This document shows positions 1-14,110 of a DNA stretch of 64,000 nucleotides, piece by piece. The position numbers were made by a program, and so were the translations under genes. How positions within the stretch are numbered: the first letter of the stretch is position 1; the number at the start of each line of letters is the position of its first letter. Under the pieces are notes generated by a model. That model had not been told where the DNA came from. It did not search any database and saw only the letters and a list, made by a program, of their open reading frames with translations. This DNA comes from Kudoa neothunni (taxonomy: Eukaryota > Animalia > Cnidaria): contig OZ199838.1 in assembly GCA_964304625.1 (NCBI GenBank), positions 10,805,607-10,869,606 on the forward strand, in the 5' to 3' direction.

Positions 1-160
1 TAAACCAAACAGAGAAAAATTTTCTTCCCCATATATAGTCTTACGTGCTTTATGAGTATTCGAAAAATTTTAACATGAACAAAAGCCGATTTTTAGAGTT
101 ACGCTCAAAAAGACGTATCTTGAGGTTTCGGCAGACCCCGCTTGGTCCCGTAAGGGTTAA
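1..160. mobile_element. right terminus of a piggyBac-like element/MITE (truncated by window edge)
   Basis: Ends in ...GGTCCCGTAAGGG followed by TTAA (157-160), the AGGG|TTAA terminus typical of piggyBac; other end not in window. Confidence 0.4.
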
Positions 161-2469
161 TCTGTCCTTATAATATGGATATCAAAACTTATTTAATAGT
201 ATGTGTATATTTTTTAATTTTACTGAAACCTCAAAATTCTAAGTTCAATTGCTGGATACTTTTAGTCTTTTTATATTTGCATAGGGTTAGATATTTATCT
301 GTATTGCTCTTAATATAAAACAAATAAATTTTCATAATTCATTTTTATAAAATCCAATAAACATTATGTATATTATTATAATAAAGATAGATTTAAAAAA
401 TGTAATTAAATGTCTAAACACTCACAAAATTAAAATGTTGTCAAATGGCAACATTGGGGTTCAAGGGTTAAGTTTAAAATGCATATTACAATTAATTAGC
501 CATCAATACGTAACTTTTCGAAAGAAAGTAAATCAATTGATTTTTAACCTCTAAATTGGCCAAATATGCATTCATTATTTAATATTTTTCTTCGACAGAT
601 TCATATTTAAGTTAATATCTAAGTAATTTTAAAACATTAATGTGTTGATTTTGTATAACGAAAAGTATGATATAATTGATACGTTAATTTAGAACACGTA
701 AGCTTGTGTTAATGTGGTTTTTTTGCAACAGTGATTTTAAATAAATTATTATACGTCATAGCTTGTTGTTTTGATTTTTATTGTGGGCTTTCTCGATAAA
801 GATCACTATTTATTCTTCTAACATCAGTGTCAATCATGTGAAACATTACTATTTAATTTACTCTAAAAATGATATTTCCTGCCAACGAATATATCCAGGA
901 TAGCTTTACATCTAATAATAATGCTAAATCTAGTCACAATGTGAAAGTAAAAGAAATCCTCAAAGAACATTTTAAACGCTTAAAAAATGCGTTAGTTTTT
1001 ACAAACGAACATACGCCAGCGACAGCAGAATATTGCGGTGGATTTATCCTTAATTCAATAATTGTTGTTACGATAATTAAAGCTATATTAGACATAATAT
1101 TTTAGGAATAGAAAAATTATTAAACATTGGAATAAAATGTTCATTCGAAATTATGTAACTAACTTTAAGTACAAGTAAAACCAACGAGAATAATTCGAAA
1201 CACGATAACCAGGTATAAAATAATCAGCCAAATGGAAGAAGAAATAGCATTAACAAAGTATAATTTTCTCAAATAAATATTAGGTATCAAACTTCAAGCA
1301 AATGAAAAGACAGAAATGATTGGAATTTCTGAAGCATCCTCATTCAAGTTACTAAGGACTCGTCTTAAGACCTGTACAATACCCGAAGTGGCCATCAGAT
1401 AGATGAGTCCTAAATCGACGATAATTTCAAAAGCTAAATAATCAGAAAGAATTCCTTATTAATTTCGTATAGATATAAAATTTCTCTCTAAAATACGAAC
1501 AGTAGAGCGGTCTAAGTGTTCTGATCTAACGGTGATCAGCTTATCTAAAAAGCGAAGACAAGCAATTTAAATTCGTATATTTGTATACCCATCATATAAT
1601 AGTTTGTTTTCATTTTCATAAAATAGGGATAAACGTTAAAAATCGTAATTATTCGATCTTAAAAACAGTTATAGTCGTTTTCATAATAAAATTAATCGAT
1701 CGAAATATTGTTTCTTGGTTTTTACCCACATTTGATCAAAAACGTATAATAGAATGGACAGGTGCAATGGACTGCTTTAGGGTATTTTTAACATGCGTGC
1801 TAACTCTCCCAGTATATACACCGTTCCTCATAGTTTCTTATAAAATTACAACATCTTAATCAGTGTTATTTGAAAACCAACACGAATATAAATTCTTTAA
1901 GAAAATTACGATTTAATTTACGAATAATTGAATAATTTAAAGGTATTAAATCATCTGATTTATTTTTTTTAGAAAATTTATTTATTAATAATTAAAAAAA
2001 ATTCTATATGCATTTTTTAAATTAAAAATTTGATATAAAGTTATGTTAATGGATATTCCCATCCGTTGCAATAACCACTTTCGATTGATAAAGTGTACAA
2101 ATCGGTAGAATTTTTTAACACAATTGGAGGACTCTAGCATACGAACACCGTCGACCTAAACGATAAAGCCTACTCTTAAGTTAATATTATGCTGAAAGAA
2201 GCTAGAAAATCTTGCTTTCAAAAAAACAACAATAATAATACCTGGCAATTAATCATAAATTTAACCCATAAAATCTGTACAAGTTCCTTTATTTGATACA
2301 GCATGTTTCTCAAATTAATATTATGAAAATAAAAATATGTCTACCTAAACTCTACATTCGTTCATTTAGAGGGGATTTAAATCTATTTTCCATCTATTTA
2401 TTTAATATGTTGAACAAATAAATGTGATCGTTTTTAATTTGAAACATTCGAGTGCCCCAAAATCGACAA

Positions 2470-3566
2470 TACACTCTCCTTCTTTTGGGGTCAACATGAC
2501 CCCAGATATTTGTTCCTATAATCGCGTAATAAAATATTTAATGACGTTTTACATGGACTAAATTTAAATCAAATCATTAACTTTGGAGTAATGGCTAAAA
2601 ATGGCAAGAGCGAGATTTTATGAATAAAACCGAAGCCCAACAATTGTGTATATAAATCATCATTTGACCAATTTAAGTCGTATGACCATTCTTATTTATG
2701 AAATGTCGAATATTTGATAAAATTAGAGTAAGGTATATTTTATTGAAACCTAATAATTGATTCACTTGGAGAATTTTGAGCAGGTAAGTTTTGAGTGGTT
2801 TTCAAAATAAATTGTCGATCGGAACTAAATGTTTTTATTCTTTTGTCGCGAATATAATTTTTGACTAGACTATCAGCTAACTGTTTTAAAAATTTTAATC
2901 TTGAGCAAGATGAATCTGAGAAACTATTATTGTAAATGTGAAATGTGTTAATTAAGCTAATATCATTCATATTGTAGAAAACAGCTGTTGATCATCGATT
3001 TGTGTATCTTTGACACTTGTTGTTGATATAATGGAGTATAACTTCTGGTTTCCACTATTCTACGCTTTTCAATCGGCCATTCATCTCCATTTTCATCAAT
3101 ATCGCAGTTTTCGGCAATTTCGTCGACATAAAACTGGATTCTGATGTAAAATTTAATTCTTGAATTTCGTCATAAATTTCGCTGACTTCAGTATCATCAT
3201 TTGACAACACATTGTGGCCAAAATCGCTCATCGTTAAAAATTTACCTCGCTGGTGATTATCGGCCAACATTTCAATTAAAGAAATTGTTCAAAAATATTT
3301 AATCTATAGTTTAGAAATGTATAAAATAGCTTTTTTGAGAAGAATGACTGGGGTCATATTGACGCTAAAAGAGGGAGAGTGTAAATATTTTTTATTCCAA
3401 GCTTATTCATTTCCAAATAACATTCAGTACCTTTAATTTAGAAAAAGCAGGAATTTTTAGGAAAATAGCCACGGTGTTAAGTATAAATTTGACTTTTAAG
3501 TTGGTTTAAAATACGACTGAATGCCGTCTGGGGTCATGTTGACCCCAGAGACCCTCGGAAGTTTAA
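2470..3566 (-). mobile_element. internally deleted piggyBac relic
   Basis: 36-bp inverted repeat at 2470-2505 and 3348-3383; GGGGTCA-N3-TGACCCC palindrome at 2487 and about 3530. Minus-strand remnant KCQRYTNR*STAVFYNMNDISLINTFHIY...RLKFLKQLADSLV resembles the piggyBac transposase C-terminus, with an acidic N-terminal remnant at 3055-3270. Confidence 0.75.
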
Positions 3567-3729
3567 TAATTTTTTAGGAACTTTATACAATTATGAAAAT
3601 ATTGGCGACATATGGTTTAGTATATTTCAGCTTCAACCAGTTATCTCTCTCACAATAATCCAGTTGAACACAACCAAAACAAATTACGAAGGAACGCATT
3701 TAAAACGTCAAAATATAAAATAGCCGGCC

Positions 3730-6700
3730 CTATATACACCTAGGAAGATTTCTGCGTGTTTTCATGATAGGACCGTGGTAGCTCGGATAATGTTCCAATT
3801 TATTAGCCTAATAAATAAATAAATAAGACTGGTAAAAAAGGATTGAATCTAACCTGGGGATTTAATTCGTGAGGTAGTGAACAGTTGCCTACAACAAAAA
3901 TATTTACATCTGACATTTTCTGGGATGCAAAGGTGTTAAAACATAGAGACATTCGTTGATGAGGTCAACATTTCGAATAATTCCTAAATTAGAAAGTTTA
4001 GATTATATTAAGCATATTCAATTAGAGAAACAAGACGTTCCCAAATGCACAAGAATGATAAGATCCAATAAACAAAATTTTACCTATTCCAAGACAATTC
4101 ATTTCTTCTGTGTAATTCACTAACCGCAATCTGGTGTTATAGATCGGTTGTTTTGAAGAATCTGTGATATTGGTTGCAGTTCCTTTTAAAGTGGTGTAAT
4201 TCATTCTCACGTTGTTCCATGTACAAAGTCCAACGATTTTTAAAGGTAGACATTCAAATAAAGCTTCATAACAACCCTAAGAATTAAATATTAACTGATC
4301 AATTTGTTATAATTTCTTATCATAGAATTAACAATTAAGTTAGAAAAATTAAATACAGTAGGTAACCGATTTTCCGTAACTTACTGCGTGTGCAAAAATA
4401 AAAAAATATACCTATTTTAAAGAAAAAATTTCATTTATACAATTATCTACTTTAACTGAAATAATATGTTATTTTAAATTATTTGTAATTATATTTTCAA
4501 ATGTGTATGTCGTAATTTTATGATGTTAAATCAGTATTTTGTCTAGATAATCAATTCCTCTCTATCGTAGATTTATTCTGCTTGTTTAAACATTTAAATG
4601 ATCTTTTGATGATGTAAACTCTACCACTCGTTCATCTTCAGTTTCATAATCAGCAGATTCAATAGTCAAAAGAACATGCTCGTCAAAGTGTTTTGATGTA
4701 GGCATAATGACTTCCTCTTGAATAATCTCGGAATCTCCAGCTGAGAATTCTTTATTTTTAAATTTAATATTTCATGAACGCTCGCATTCATTGGGTGCAG
4801 CAAACCTATATTTTCTTAAACAATTAAATACGACATCCTTTGTAACACCGTCCCGTTATTTTTTAATTAGAAACAATGTTTTAGAATTTTTAAAACAACG
4901 TGGTTTTTGTGATTTTCAATCACAAGAGATTCAATGTAACCTCCAGGCACAGATGCATGCCGCAAAACAGTAACTATTTTTTAGATTTTTGTCTCTCGGC
5001 AAAACATGGCACTTAAAATACTAGACCTCTACTTTGTTAATAAAATAATGCAATTTAGCAAAGGTTATAGATAAAATCATCGTTGTTATCTTTGATTTAG
5101 TCGTTCAATTTAGATTACCAATTTTCTACAAAACTTTAGTCAACATAAGCAGCATCACCATGGGAAGTGATAGTTTTGAATTAAATCGTGATTTAAAACC
5201 AAGAAATCAATCATGGGTCATTACTAAGCTTAGGTTCAATTCTTTTGTCAATTGGTTTCTTTCATGTATGATATCATGAGAAGATAGTTCAAATTTTTGA
5301 TCTCAAATAATTTACCCACTCATATACTAATGTATCGATGTCGTTATTTGAACACTGTTTAAAATTTTTTCTCTCTGAAGAAGCCAAGCCAGTTTATAAG
5401 ATAAAACTATATCTTTTTTCCTAATCAAGATGATATCTAGAGTAGGAATAGAAAAGAGCTTAAATTTACTAAAAGTAGTATTTTTGCACTCTTGTTTAGT
5501 ATACTTTTAAAAAATCAATTAATTTATATTTCAGTTTTATTATTCCCCTTTTTTTTAATTTTCCAGAAATTATTAATGTAAAAAAAGGCACACCACTAAA
5601 TCCGCCTATAACTGAAAAGTTACGGAAAATCGGTTAAGCGCTAATAATTGGGAAAATCACTTCCAATGTTCAATTTTTAAAATGTTTGTGAACTATTTTT
5701 AAAACATACAAATAAAATAAAATATATGGTTTAAAATATTATTCTAATATTTTAAGGGAAGAAAGTCCGAAGTTACCGAAAATCGGTTACCTACTGTATT
5801 AGTATGTTTGGACATTTATAAATAATATAAAACTTAATAAATTTATTATTGAAACAAAATCATACCATTCTATCGGTGAAAGTTAGATAAATATTGCTCC
5901 ATTTGATTTGAACCGTCTTATAGAAAGGAATACATTGTAGAATGTTATTTGCATAAGGAAGAAGAGAACGACAATGTGGATCGTGTCTGTTGAAAAAATA
6001 TTCCATAAAAGAGCATAACCTCAACTCGTTCGGTTTGAATCTCCAGAGCGATTCCTGAGAGTCTGGGGAATAGTCAAACGCAGGTAGATTGGTAGTTTCC
6101 GTCATTAATTGACGAATGGTGTATTTGTGGGAAGAAGCACTGGATGGGGGCGTCTTAAAGTAGAACCCCGAATTAGAGCAGATAAATTCGTTAGTAATGC
6201 GGAGTTTGGATTGGGAGTTTACATGAGTAAGCTGTACAACCAAATCAGGCTCACTGATGCGAATGGTATCAATCAAAAGATCCTGGCCCACATCTAAAAC
6301 ACAGAGAATCAATATCAAGTCTAATTCCTTCGACCAAATACCTTCAATCCAACCTTGAGTGTTTACAATTAGAACTTTGTCACAATAGGGTTCGTTAAAA
6401 GCGATATTGGAGACAAAATAGTTATAGATATAATTGACGGCTTGGATATAACGGCGTAAACAATGCGAAGGAGAAATATCACCCACATAACATGATCTAA
6501 AGTACATTTATTTGCGAAGATGATTAATAATATCGTACGATATCAATGAGGTAGAGTTATTTGAGTTGGACTGTTGATGTGAAAAATTCGGCCCAAATAC
6601 AGCCTTATTGATTTGAACCAATGAAACACATCCCGAAGGAGTAAATTCAGATTGGCCCAAATCGCAGTCCAGCCAGTATACTTTATAATTACGAGAGAGA

Positions 6701-7343
6701 AAACTGTTAGCAATGAAACGATTTAAAGTTGATTTTCCCGCTGATTTTTGCCCACAAGATAAGAATTTAATTAATTTTTTTTTATTTTTGGAAACAAGTA
6801 TATTCACTATATCATTCCATCCATCCAAATGCAGATATCTTCTCGAGATGCGATACTCAATGTTGGCTCCATCTACAAAGGGATGCACCGTAATTGGATA
6901 ATCTTTCCCATGCCCTTTGAATTTTCTGCAAATATTTGAATATAAATTAAGGCTGATAAAATTGGATTTTTCCAACAGAATTGCAGTTGAAAAATTTTTC
7001 AGGGTACAATTTTCACAGTCGAAATATGGAGATATTTTATTTTTCTTATCCTCAGTCGATAACGAATTACCAGTTGCTTTAGATTCGAATAGAAATATGC
7101 CGGTAGATGTGTGCGAAAAAAATATGTGTTTAATGTGGTCTGGCTTAAATTTATATCCAAAACACTCCAACCCACCAAACAAAAGCTCAAAACGATATAT
7201 TCCTTGTATATAACATTTCTATAAAAAATGTATTAAAGGACTTAAGTTAATTGGCCAATTATATCTAATACCATATTTTCTTTGAGTAGAATAATTTTAC
7301 CACGCTTATTGTTAAGCTCTAACTGCACATAGGAATCACCCAT
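3730..7343 (-). CDS. NOL9: Polynucleotide 5'-hydroxyl kinase NOL9/Grc3 (Clp1 family), 7 exons
   Basis: Exons about 7343-7272, 7218-6539, 6496-6342, 6293-5866, 4276-4084, 3983-3854 and 3807-3730, with GT-AG introns. Walker A GQKSAGKST, DCDLGQSEFTP, VNTQGW and C-terminal CLGIGIIRNVD..LYVLTP motifs. One apparent 1-nt deletion near 3916-3919. Confidence 0.92.
4356..5796 (-). mobile_element. pogo/Tigger DNA transposon relic in NOL9 intron 4
   Basis: 27-bp TIRs CAGTAGGTAACCGATTTTC(C/G)GTAACTT with one mismatch; TA target-site duplication on both sides. Decayed CENP-B-type HTH remnant (FLGFKSRFNS...SHGDAA) at about 5150-5210. Confidence 0.9.
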
Positions 7344-7657
7344 CGAAAATCCGAACTTATACTTTAGCGTATCAAATAAAAAGGTAAAATAAAATTTGAA
7401 ACACTAAATACAAAATACCACTCGTCGGCCTTTTGTTGTAGTGCGTGCGCGTCGTGGTTATCTCTTCAAAATATCGATGTCAACAAACATATAAAATTGC
7501 TTCACTTTTTAATACAAGCGGAGTAAATTTATTTCAAAACGATTTTATTATTGCTATATCTTTTTATACAGTAAACTAATATAAAATAGATTTCGGTTAA
7601 TCTTGTAATGAACTTTTATGTTTTTTAAACGATAAAATCTTTTATAAAAAATAATTA

Positions 7658-8938
7658 CAGTCAGAAATCGTAATTGTATAATTTTAGTGGGGATTGGCGA
7701 AAAAGTACGCAATATCCATATCGTTGCGTGCGCGAGTTAATAATATTAAAATTTTATCCCTAAAATAAACTAATTTACAATTCTTTTAACATTATTTATT
7801 ATAAATAGGCATCTTTGGTTGAGTTTATAATTTTGGCTACCCTAGCTATTATTATCGGGTAGAATTCATTCATTCAATCCATCTATATTCTAGACATTTA
7901 AATTACAACGTTCGGTGTATTTTTCAATTTCTCCGTATTGTCAACATATTTGATATGGTCATTCTTATTAAGACTAACGTCATGTTGGGCTTTTAATTTG
8001 AAATTGAATACAATTTTTTGTCAATTTTTAATATTTACCCTAGGTAATTAGAGATGTGTCTTGGGTATCCAAAACAATGTTAATCACACTATTAAAATTT
8101 TATAATTTCCGCAATTAAACATTATTTACATAAGTAAATAATTATTTTTTAGTATATAAATTTTTTTAATATTATTATTCTTCTTAATGATAAAGATTTA
8201 TGCTTTACTTGTTATGAAAAATATAGCACCTATATAAAAGTTATTATATGAACACTAAATTGTAATAATTAAACTGATAATAAACACAGATATTTTTATC
8301 ATGTTGAATAAAACAACATTTAGTTTGTACCACTTTTATCACTAATTTCTTTGTTATGTTAACTTTTTGTCGATAAAATTGCTTTCATAAATATATGGAT
8401 AATTAATAAAAAATAAGATTTCTATTTGTAGAAGCACAAGGTTACATTACCTTGCGCATTTGTAACAAAAATTTTTCGTTTCATACAATAAATTTATTTC
8501 TTCCCTATTCGTTTAAATTTCGTATCCCCATATCTAAAAAATATCAAAAATTGGATCATGAATGCCTACCACCACGATAACTGAACTCGCTTTAGGTGTC
8601 ACGAATGCGCAAATGAAAGGTGTATTAATTAAAAAAAATAATTTTTGGAAAAAAACAAAACGTTATATATATATAATTTATATTAGCAGAAGATTTTTTT
8701 TTACTTTCTTCTCAAATTATGTCAGCGAAGCGTGGTTCATTTCTTGAGAGTGATAGTCTGAGATCATTCCCAGGATAAAAGGAATTCTTGTATTTGAGTT
8801 ATATTAACTTATTTATCAAGAATGACCACGTTGAAAGTTTGATTAACCTCATTAATAATATATTTGAAATGTCTAATGATAATTATAAGAATTATATTAT
8901 ATTTTATATAAAAATTGTGGATTACACATTTTTCTGAC
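7658..8938. mobile_element. degenerate Tigger-like element (tentative)
   Basis: TA-CAGTCAGAAATCGTAAT start and a weak inverted copy (ATTACACATTTTTCTGAC) at about 8921-8938; GCGTGCGCG motif near the left end as in other Tiggers here. Confidence 0.35.
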
Positions 8939-9406
8939 CTCCTCCGAATTAGGATTTTATTAAATATATAAATTATTTGTCAGCTAAATGTTTTATTTCG
9001 TCGTCTTTTCATATATTAATAATTATTCGTAAAATATAGATCAAGAAATATCATATAAGGTCTATTCCTTTACCGATTATAAGCATATTAATTCTTGGTA
9101 TATAGAAAGGAATATTAGGGCTCAAGGTTTCGGTATTCCTCAATTAAGATTGGTAATAGACAATAATTAAATTATAAATACAAAATTATATCTGTATATT
9201 TAAGTATCGTACTTTTATTAGGCGATGTATCCGCTATTTTGTTTAAGCGTAGCTATAACGAATTGATACAACTAAAATAAATAATCAGTAGACATGTTAC
9301 TGGGGGTTGACTTTGCTATGATAATAATTTTCCATTTTTCATGTTAAAAATCAAATAATTGTCTTCTAAGTCAAAATAATCTATGATTTAATGAAATAGG
9401 AATATA

Positions 9407-10107
9407 TCTACTATATAAAGCAAACCGGTAATCCGTATGTGTCAGTGTGTACGCATTTTTCATTTTTGATAGAGAGACATATCGTTCCATTTGAGCACAC
9501 ATATGGAAAGATAAAATTTTATTTTAACACAGAAAAATACGTAAAAAATTGTAAAAAGTTTGCATCTTGCAAAATAACTAAAAACATTTTCACGTGATAT
9601 GAGAGGTATGATTTCAGGATTTATGCTAACATATAGGTCATTCGTTAATATTATAAAAAGTTAATTTTAAATGCACTATATTGTTTATTTTAGTTTAAAA
9701 TTATTGAAACGTAATTTAGTTATTGGAATAGTTCAAATAAGGAAGGTAATATTAGGTTATGTAGCCAAGCATTAATTCAAAATTCAGTTGTTGATATCTA
9801 ACAAGATTAGTCCTATTCATATGGTATGATTTAGAGATTACTGCAAACAACAAGGAGAAAATCGATATTTTAGGAGCTCTAAATAGGAAATTCAAACGCT
9901 TAGTAGTATTTATTCGTTTTTAAAAATATTAAACAAGGTTCATGCGTCCAATTAGTTACACAAATCATCAGTTAATTGGGTAATCTTTGTACTATTTATC
10001 TAAATACTCTGAATTTACTTTGAACTTCAAATGACCTTGGCCTACTCAAGGCTTTAGTCTGCGTGGCCAGGCAAGGAAGCTCATGCGAAGCGGGGCTTTT
10101 GCGCTAG
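9407..10107 (+). mobile_element. non-autonomous Helitron (about 700 bp)
   Basis: 5' TC start (TCTACTATATAAAG) after an A, 3' CTAG followed by T, subterminal GC-rich hairpin AGCTCATGC-GAA-GCGGGGCT (10078-10097), and no TSD. Confidence 0.8.
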
Positions 10108-10529
10108 TTGTATGTATGATAGGGTCGGAAAAATATAGTTGAACTGGTTGGTTGACTTAACTTAATAAAATGACGGAGATTATACCATAATCTGCAGTTG
10201 CATGTGCTTTCTTATTACTGCCTCACACACAAGATTATAATAATGAGAGCAAGTGATGGGGGTGAGGTGCTCAGAGTTCGCATTAGAAATAAGCTAGATA
10301 TTCCATCATTATTCCATAATTTTAGAAAATGTTTCAAAATAATGGTTTCTTTCCTCAAAACATCCTCGCGTATATATGTATATATAAGTAATATGAGTAA
10401 TGGTTTATGGGGCGATGCAAGTATTCAGCAGTAACTTAACAATGGTAAAAATTCAATCATTGAATTTTCATTAAATATAAATAATAAGTATTACAGTTAG
10501 AAGGTTTAATAAAGTTTAACGGTCCAAAA

Positions 10530-10608
10530 GAATGAAAAAATTCTGATACAAAAATGACCCCAGTTGGTTCCTGGTGGAAGTTTTTTTATTTCGGTCCTTC
10601 GGGGGTTA
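10530..10608 (-). repeat. short piggyBac-type terminal fragment, homologous to about 50819-50905
   Basis: Its reverse complement (CCCCCGAAGGACCGA...AGGAACCAACTGGGGTCATTTTTG) matches CCCTCGAAGGACCGA...AGGAACCAACTGGGGTCATCTTTGACCCC at 50822. Confidence 0.65.
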
Positions 10609-11037
10609 TTTAGACTATTCAAAAAAAGTTATCGGTTGTCAATAAATTTAAAAACAAAATTAAAAATAATTAATAATTTTTTATATATTTATATTTTAGC
10701 AAAATCTATTCATATTAAGATTTATATAATTGACTGAAGTTCGCAGAAGTAAAAACTTCAAAATGCATCAAGTAAAAAAAGATAAGTGTAATCTTTTGGT
10801 ATTAATTTTAGTATTGAAATATATTGCAAATTGAGATTTTTTCATTTAAAAAACAACTAAAATTCCAAAAATCCTATCGTCCATTAACAGTCTAAGCTGG
10901 GATTTCGCGTCAGTTGACAATTATCCTAAGGGATTCACAGTTTGCAGTTAATACTCCCCCTCGATTCACACATCTTTACCTCTATGGACGAATTTGTACG
11001 GTATATTGTGAACACTTGCGCATAGTGAAATAGCAGA

Positions 11038-11840
11038 ATGAGAGCGTTATTAGTGATTGGTCCCCGTTCTGAAGATCTAGAAACAGTTGTCACTTTCGAT
11101 ATTCTTCGACGTGCAGAAGTAATCTAACCTCCACATTAATGGCACTGAGCTGTAATCATTAGTTTGACGTTGTCGTTGCGTCCGTATCAAATGATGATTT
11201 TGTCCAATTCAACATGGGAGCAAAGCTGAAGCCTGACAAAAAGATAACCGAATGCAAAGATGTGTGATTGATTGAATATTTAATAAATCAGATAATACAG
11301 TATCTTCTCATTATTTCACCTAGGAAATCTATGACCTGATTGCGTTCCCAGGCGGTCCAGGTAGTTTTGCTGTAGCTGATGTAAGTCTTCAATTTCAGTG
11401 TCTTCTTGACCACAGAAAACGCCCACCACAATCATCTATTTTTGTAATATTTAACCTAAATCTAGCATCCTCTATCACAGGAATTATGCAGGAAACACAT
11501 TAAAGCTGGAAAAGTTGTAGGAGCTATTTGTGCAGCTCCAGCAGCACTTTCGAAGTATGGTCTTTTCAACGGAAAGAAGATTACATGTCATCCAACAACT
11601 GTTAATTCTGTTAGCAAAGGTAATTTAGTTTAATCGATGACAGGGATAACGATGGATCTAACATGGCTTTCTTTAGAATGTGTTTATGTGGACAGACGAG
11701 TCGTCATTGACGGCAAGCTTGTCACTAGCAAGGGACCCGGTACTGCTTACGATTTTGCACTTGCACTTGTTGAGGTTTGTGCTGGTCGGGACCTTAGCAC
11801 AAGTCTTCGCCGAGATATTCTTCTTGATGATCAGCCATAA
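11038..11840 (+). CDS. PARK7: DJ-1/PARK7 family protein (glyoxalase/deglycase-like), copy A, 5 exons, intact
   Basis: Exons 11038-11118, 11163-11261, 11324-11380, 11466-11619 and 11677-11840 splice in frame. Motifs SEDLET (Glu18 equivalent), FPGG, AICAAP (Cys106), TCHP (His126) and VTSKGPGTA..FALALV. Confidence 0.93.
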
Positions 11841-13016
11841 ACAAATCGTTTAGTTCCTTACATTGTCTTTAAAGTTACTTATCGATAGTAGTCGTTCAAT
11901 ATTACGAGATTATGCAGTTGTTTACCCTCGATCGTTGCTATAATTATTTAACGATGGTGTCTCTCTCCACAACAGTGGTGCATGTGCGGAAGATGATAAG
12001 ATTAATTTTATTTCCTTGCTTTGTACATTTGAAAGTTAATGATCCGAAAAAGTTTTGAAAGCAAAAAGATAATTTCTTTAATATACAGCGTAGACAAAAT
12101 GGCGTTATTTATTAAGTTTAACATAATTATTCATTGTCTTGAATGTACCTATAGTTTTTACCTCTTTGATAATAAAATTAAGTTTGAACAGATTCGTGTT
12201 AATAAAATTTTCATTGTAGTAGGTGTTTTTTCCATACTGCTGTAGACAGGAGCTAAGCTTACTAAATAATTTGTTCGTCACCTCTACCAGGTTTATCTAA
12301 TGTGTGCAGCAATCTGTGTGTCAACTCTTTGTTGTTTTCATATTTATTATTTTCATTAAGTTTAAATAAAATCATTACAGTCTGATCCATTAACTTCTTC
12401 GATATATGTGTTTAGATCAGTTGAGACATCGCTGTTCATTATTATTTCGTCATATTCAGATGCAACATTAAGTGGTGAGTGGGTTAAATTGTTATTTATA
12501 GCCCGTCTTAGGATTATAAGCGTTTCTAGACTGATCTCAGATAGTCATACCAATTTATTAGGTGGCTGCATGATAGTCGTTGTAGAAAAAAGAACTAAAG
12601 TCTCAAAGTATTGCTTCTTCACTTTTAGGGGCATGACATAGTTAAGCTTTAATTCAACATAAAGTTGAACTGTGATCTCCATGGTATTGTAGATAATCGT
12701 GGTCATGAAATTCTTTAGAAAGATTCTCTGCTGTGAGAAGAAAAAAACGTAAAAGTGTGCTCGTTATTATATCATCATCCATCTTCACAGTAGTCATAGA
12801 TAATTTTTGTTCTCTAATAATGAATTCGCCTTTCAAAATTTTTTTGACCGCGATCAATTATTAATAAAAATGTTTAAATGATTTATAACATTAAATTTTG
12901 TACAAGTATTAGCTATCGTTTAAGCGTTAGAATTAGTTTTATACGTTGTTTTGAAAATGAAATAAAATATAGAAAAATGAATTAGTTGATTAAAATTTGG
13001 TTGTTCACATTATAAC

Positions 13017-13911
13017 TAAGGCATGAAATTTTTGATTGAAATCGATCAAAATAGATTTCAACCGCCGAAAAGGAACATTTGAAAATGGGAAGGAAGCGAC
13101 GTGCATTCACTAATTACTTGGTAGAATGGAACGATTTTGAAAAAATTTAGGATCCACTTGTCTGTAAATATTGCAAACAACCTAACGAATTTTTGGAGAT
13201 ACAATCTGATGGCCCTAATATGCTTAATTTATCAATAAATTTTTTAATTGATATTGTTACTGCGCTGTATGACTTCTCAAAATTAATCAAAACAAACGAG
13301 AATTTTACATCACGGATCTTTGATTCGATAAATATGACTTGGTAATTAAGGGAGATAATTTGATCAAAAATCATAAGGATATTATTAGCTATGTTTCATT
13401 TGAATGTTGAAATAATTTGATGTTTAAATGTGATAATTTGTGTGATGCCGCAAACGGTGAAATATATTGATACATACAAGCCAATTACTATTGATAAATT
13501 AAATGTTGATTATCTTCATTACTTCTTAGCAGGTAAAGGGAAGGTCGAGATTAATAACGAGTACTACATGTTATGTAAAATGATAAAAGATTCAACTCGA
13601 CCCTCAAATATTGATTCCTAAAATAAAATATGGAATGTTTGCCCCACTCTTTCGAGACGTTGTCAGGATATATTGATGCTACAAGTTTCCTCCATTAATA
13701 TTGATATGAGTTTCTCAAAATTACGAAATAATTTGGGAAAGAAAGTATTAACCTTTGTGATGGGCCTTAAAAATGCTAATGCTCAAAATAATCGATTTTA
13801 ATGGTCCATTCTAACTAAAATAAAAATCGACAAAGTTGAATTTAATTTTTTTATTTTGGTCGATAAAAACATTCGATCTTGAAATAAAAATGTCAAAAAT
13901 TGCATGCCCTA
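13017..13911 (+). mobile_element. hAT transposon relic
   Basis: TIRs TA(A/G)GGCATG(A/C)AATTTTTGA; 8-bp TSD ATTATAAC/TTTATAAC. hAT dimerisation-domain remnant WNVCPTLSRRCQDILMLQVSSINIDMSFSKLRNNL at about 13630-13735. Confidence 0.85.
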
Positions 13912-13972
13912 TTTATAACACAAAACTAAAGTAAAAAAATAAATCTTATTATCAAGCGCGCAGGCGCAACAC

Positions 13973-14110
13973 ATGGAAAGACATTATCGTTTACTCTTTT
14001 TGTTAACTTTGTTTCAATGTCATTTCAGTAGGTCATTTATAATATGTTTTCTTATTAGGATCCTGGAAATTGCGTACTATAGGTTACAAATTACAACCAA
14101 ATGTAGTAAG
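13973..14110 (+). CDS. possible 5' exons of an unidentified gene with signal-peptide-like N-terminus
   Basis: ATG 5 nt after a GCGCGCAGGCGC motif; MERHYRLLFLLTLFQCHF followed by plausible GT..AG sites. Downstream exons could not be traced. Confidence 0.3.

Noticed and set aside
869-1560. Short plus-strand ORF and possible exons
   Set aside because: Multiple stops and no recognisable domain; possibly a TE remnant, but I cannot support a call.
12360-12857. Minus-strand coding-like stretch
   Set aside because: Needs a frameshift and read-through of a TGA, and has no recognisable homology or promoter motif.
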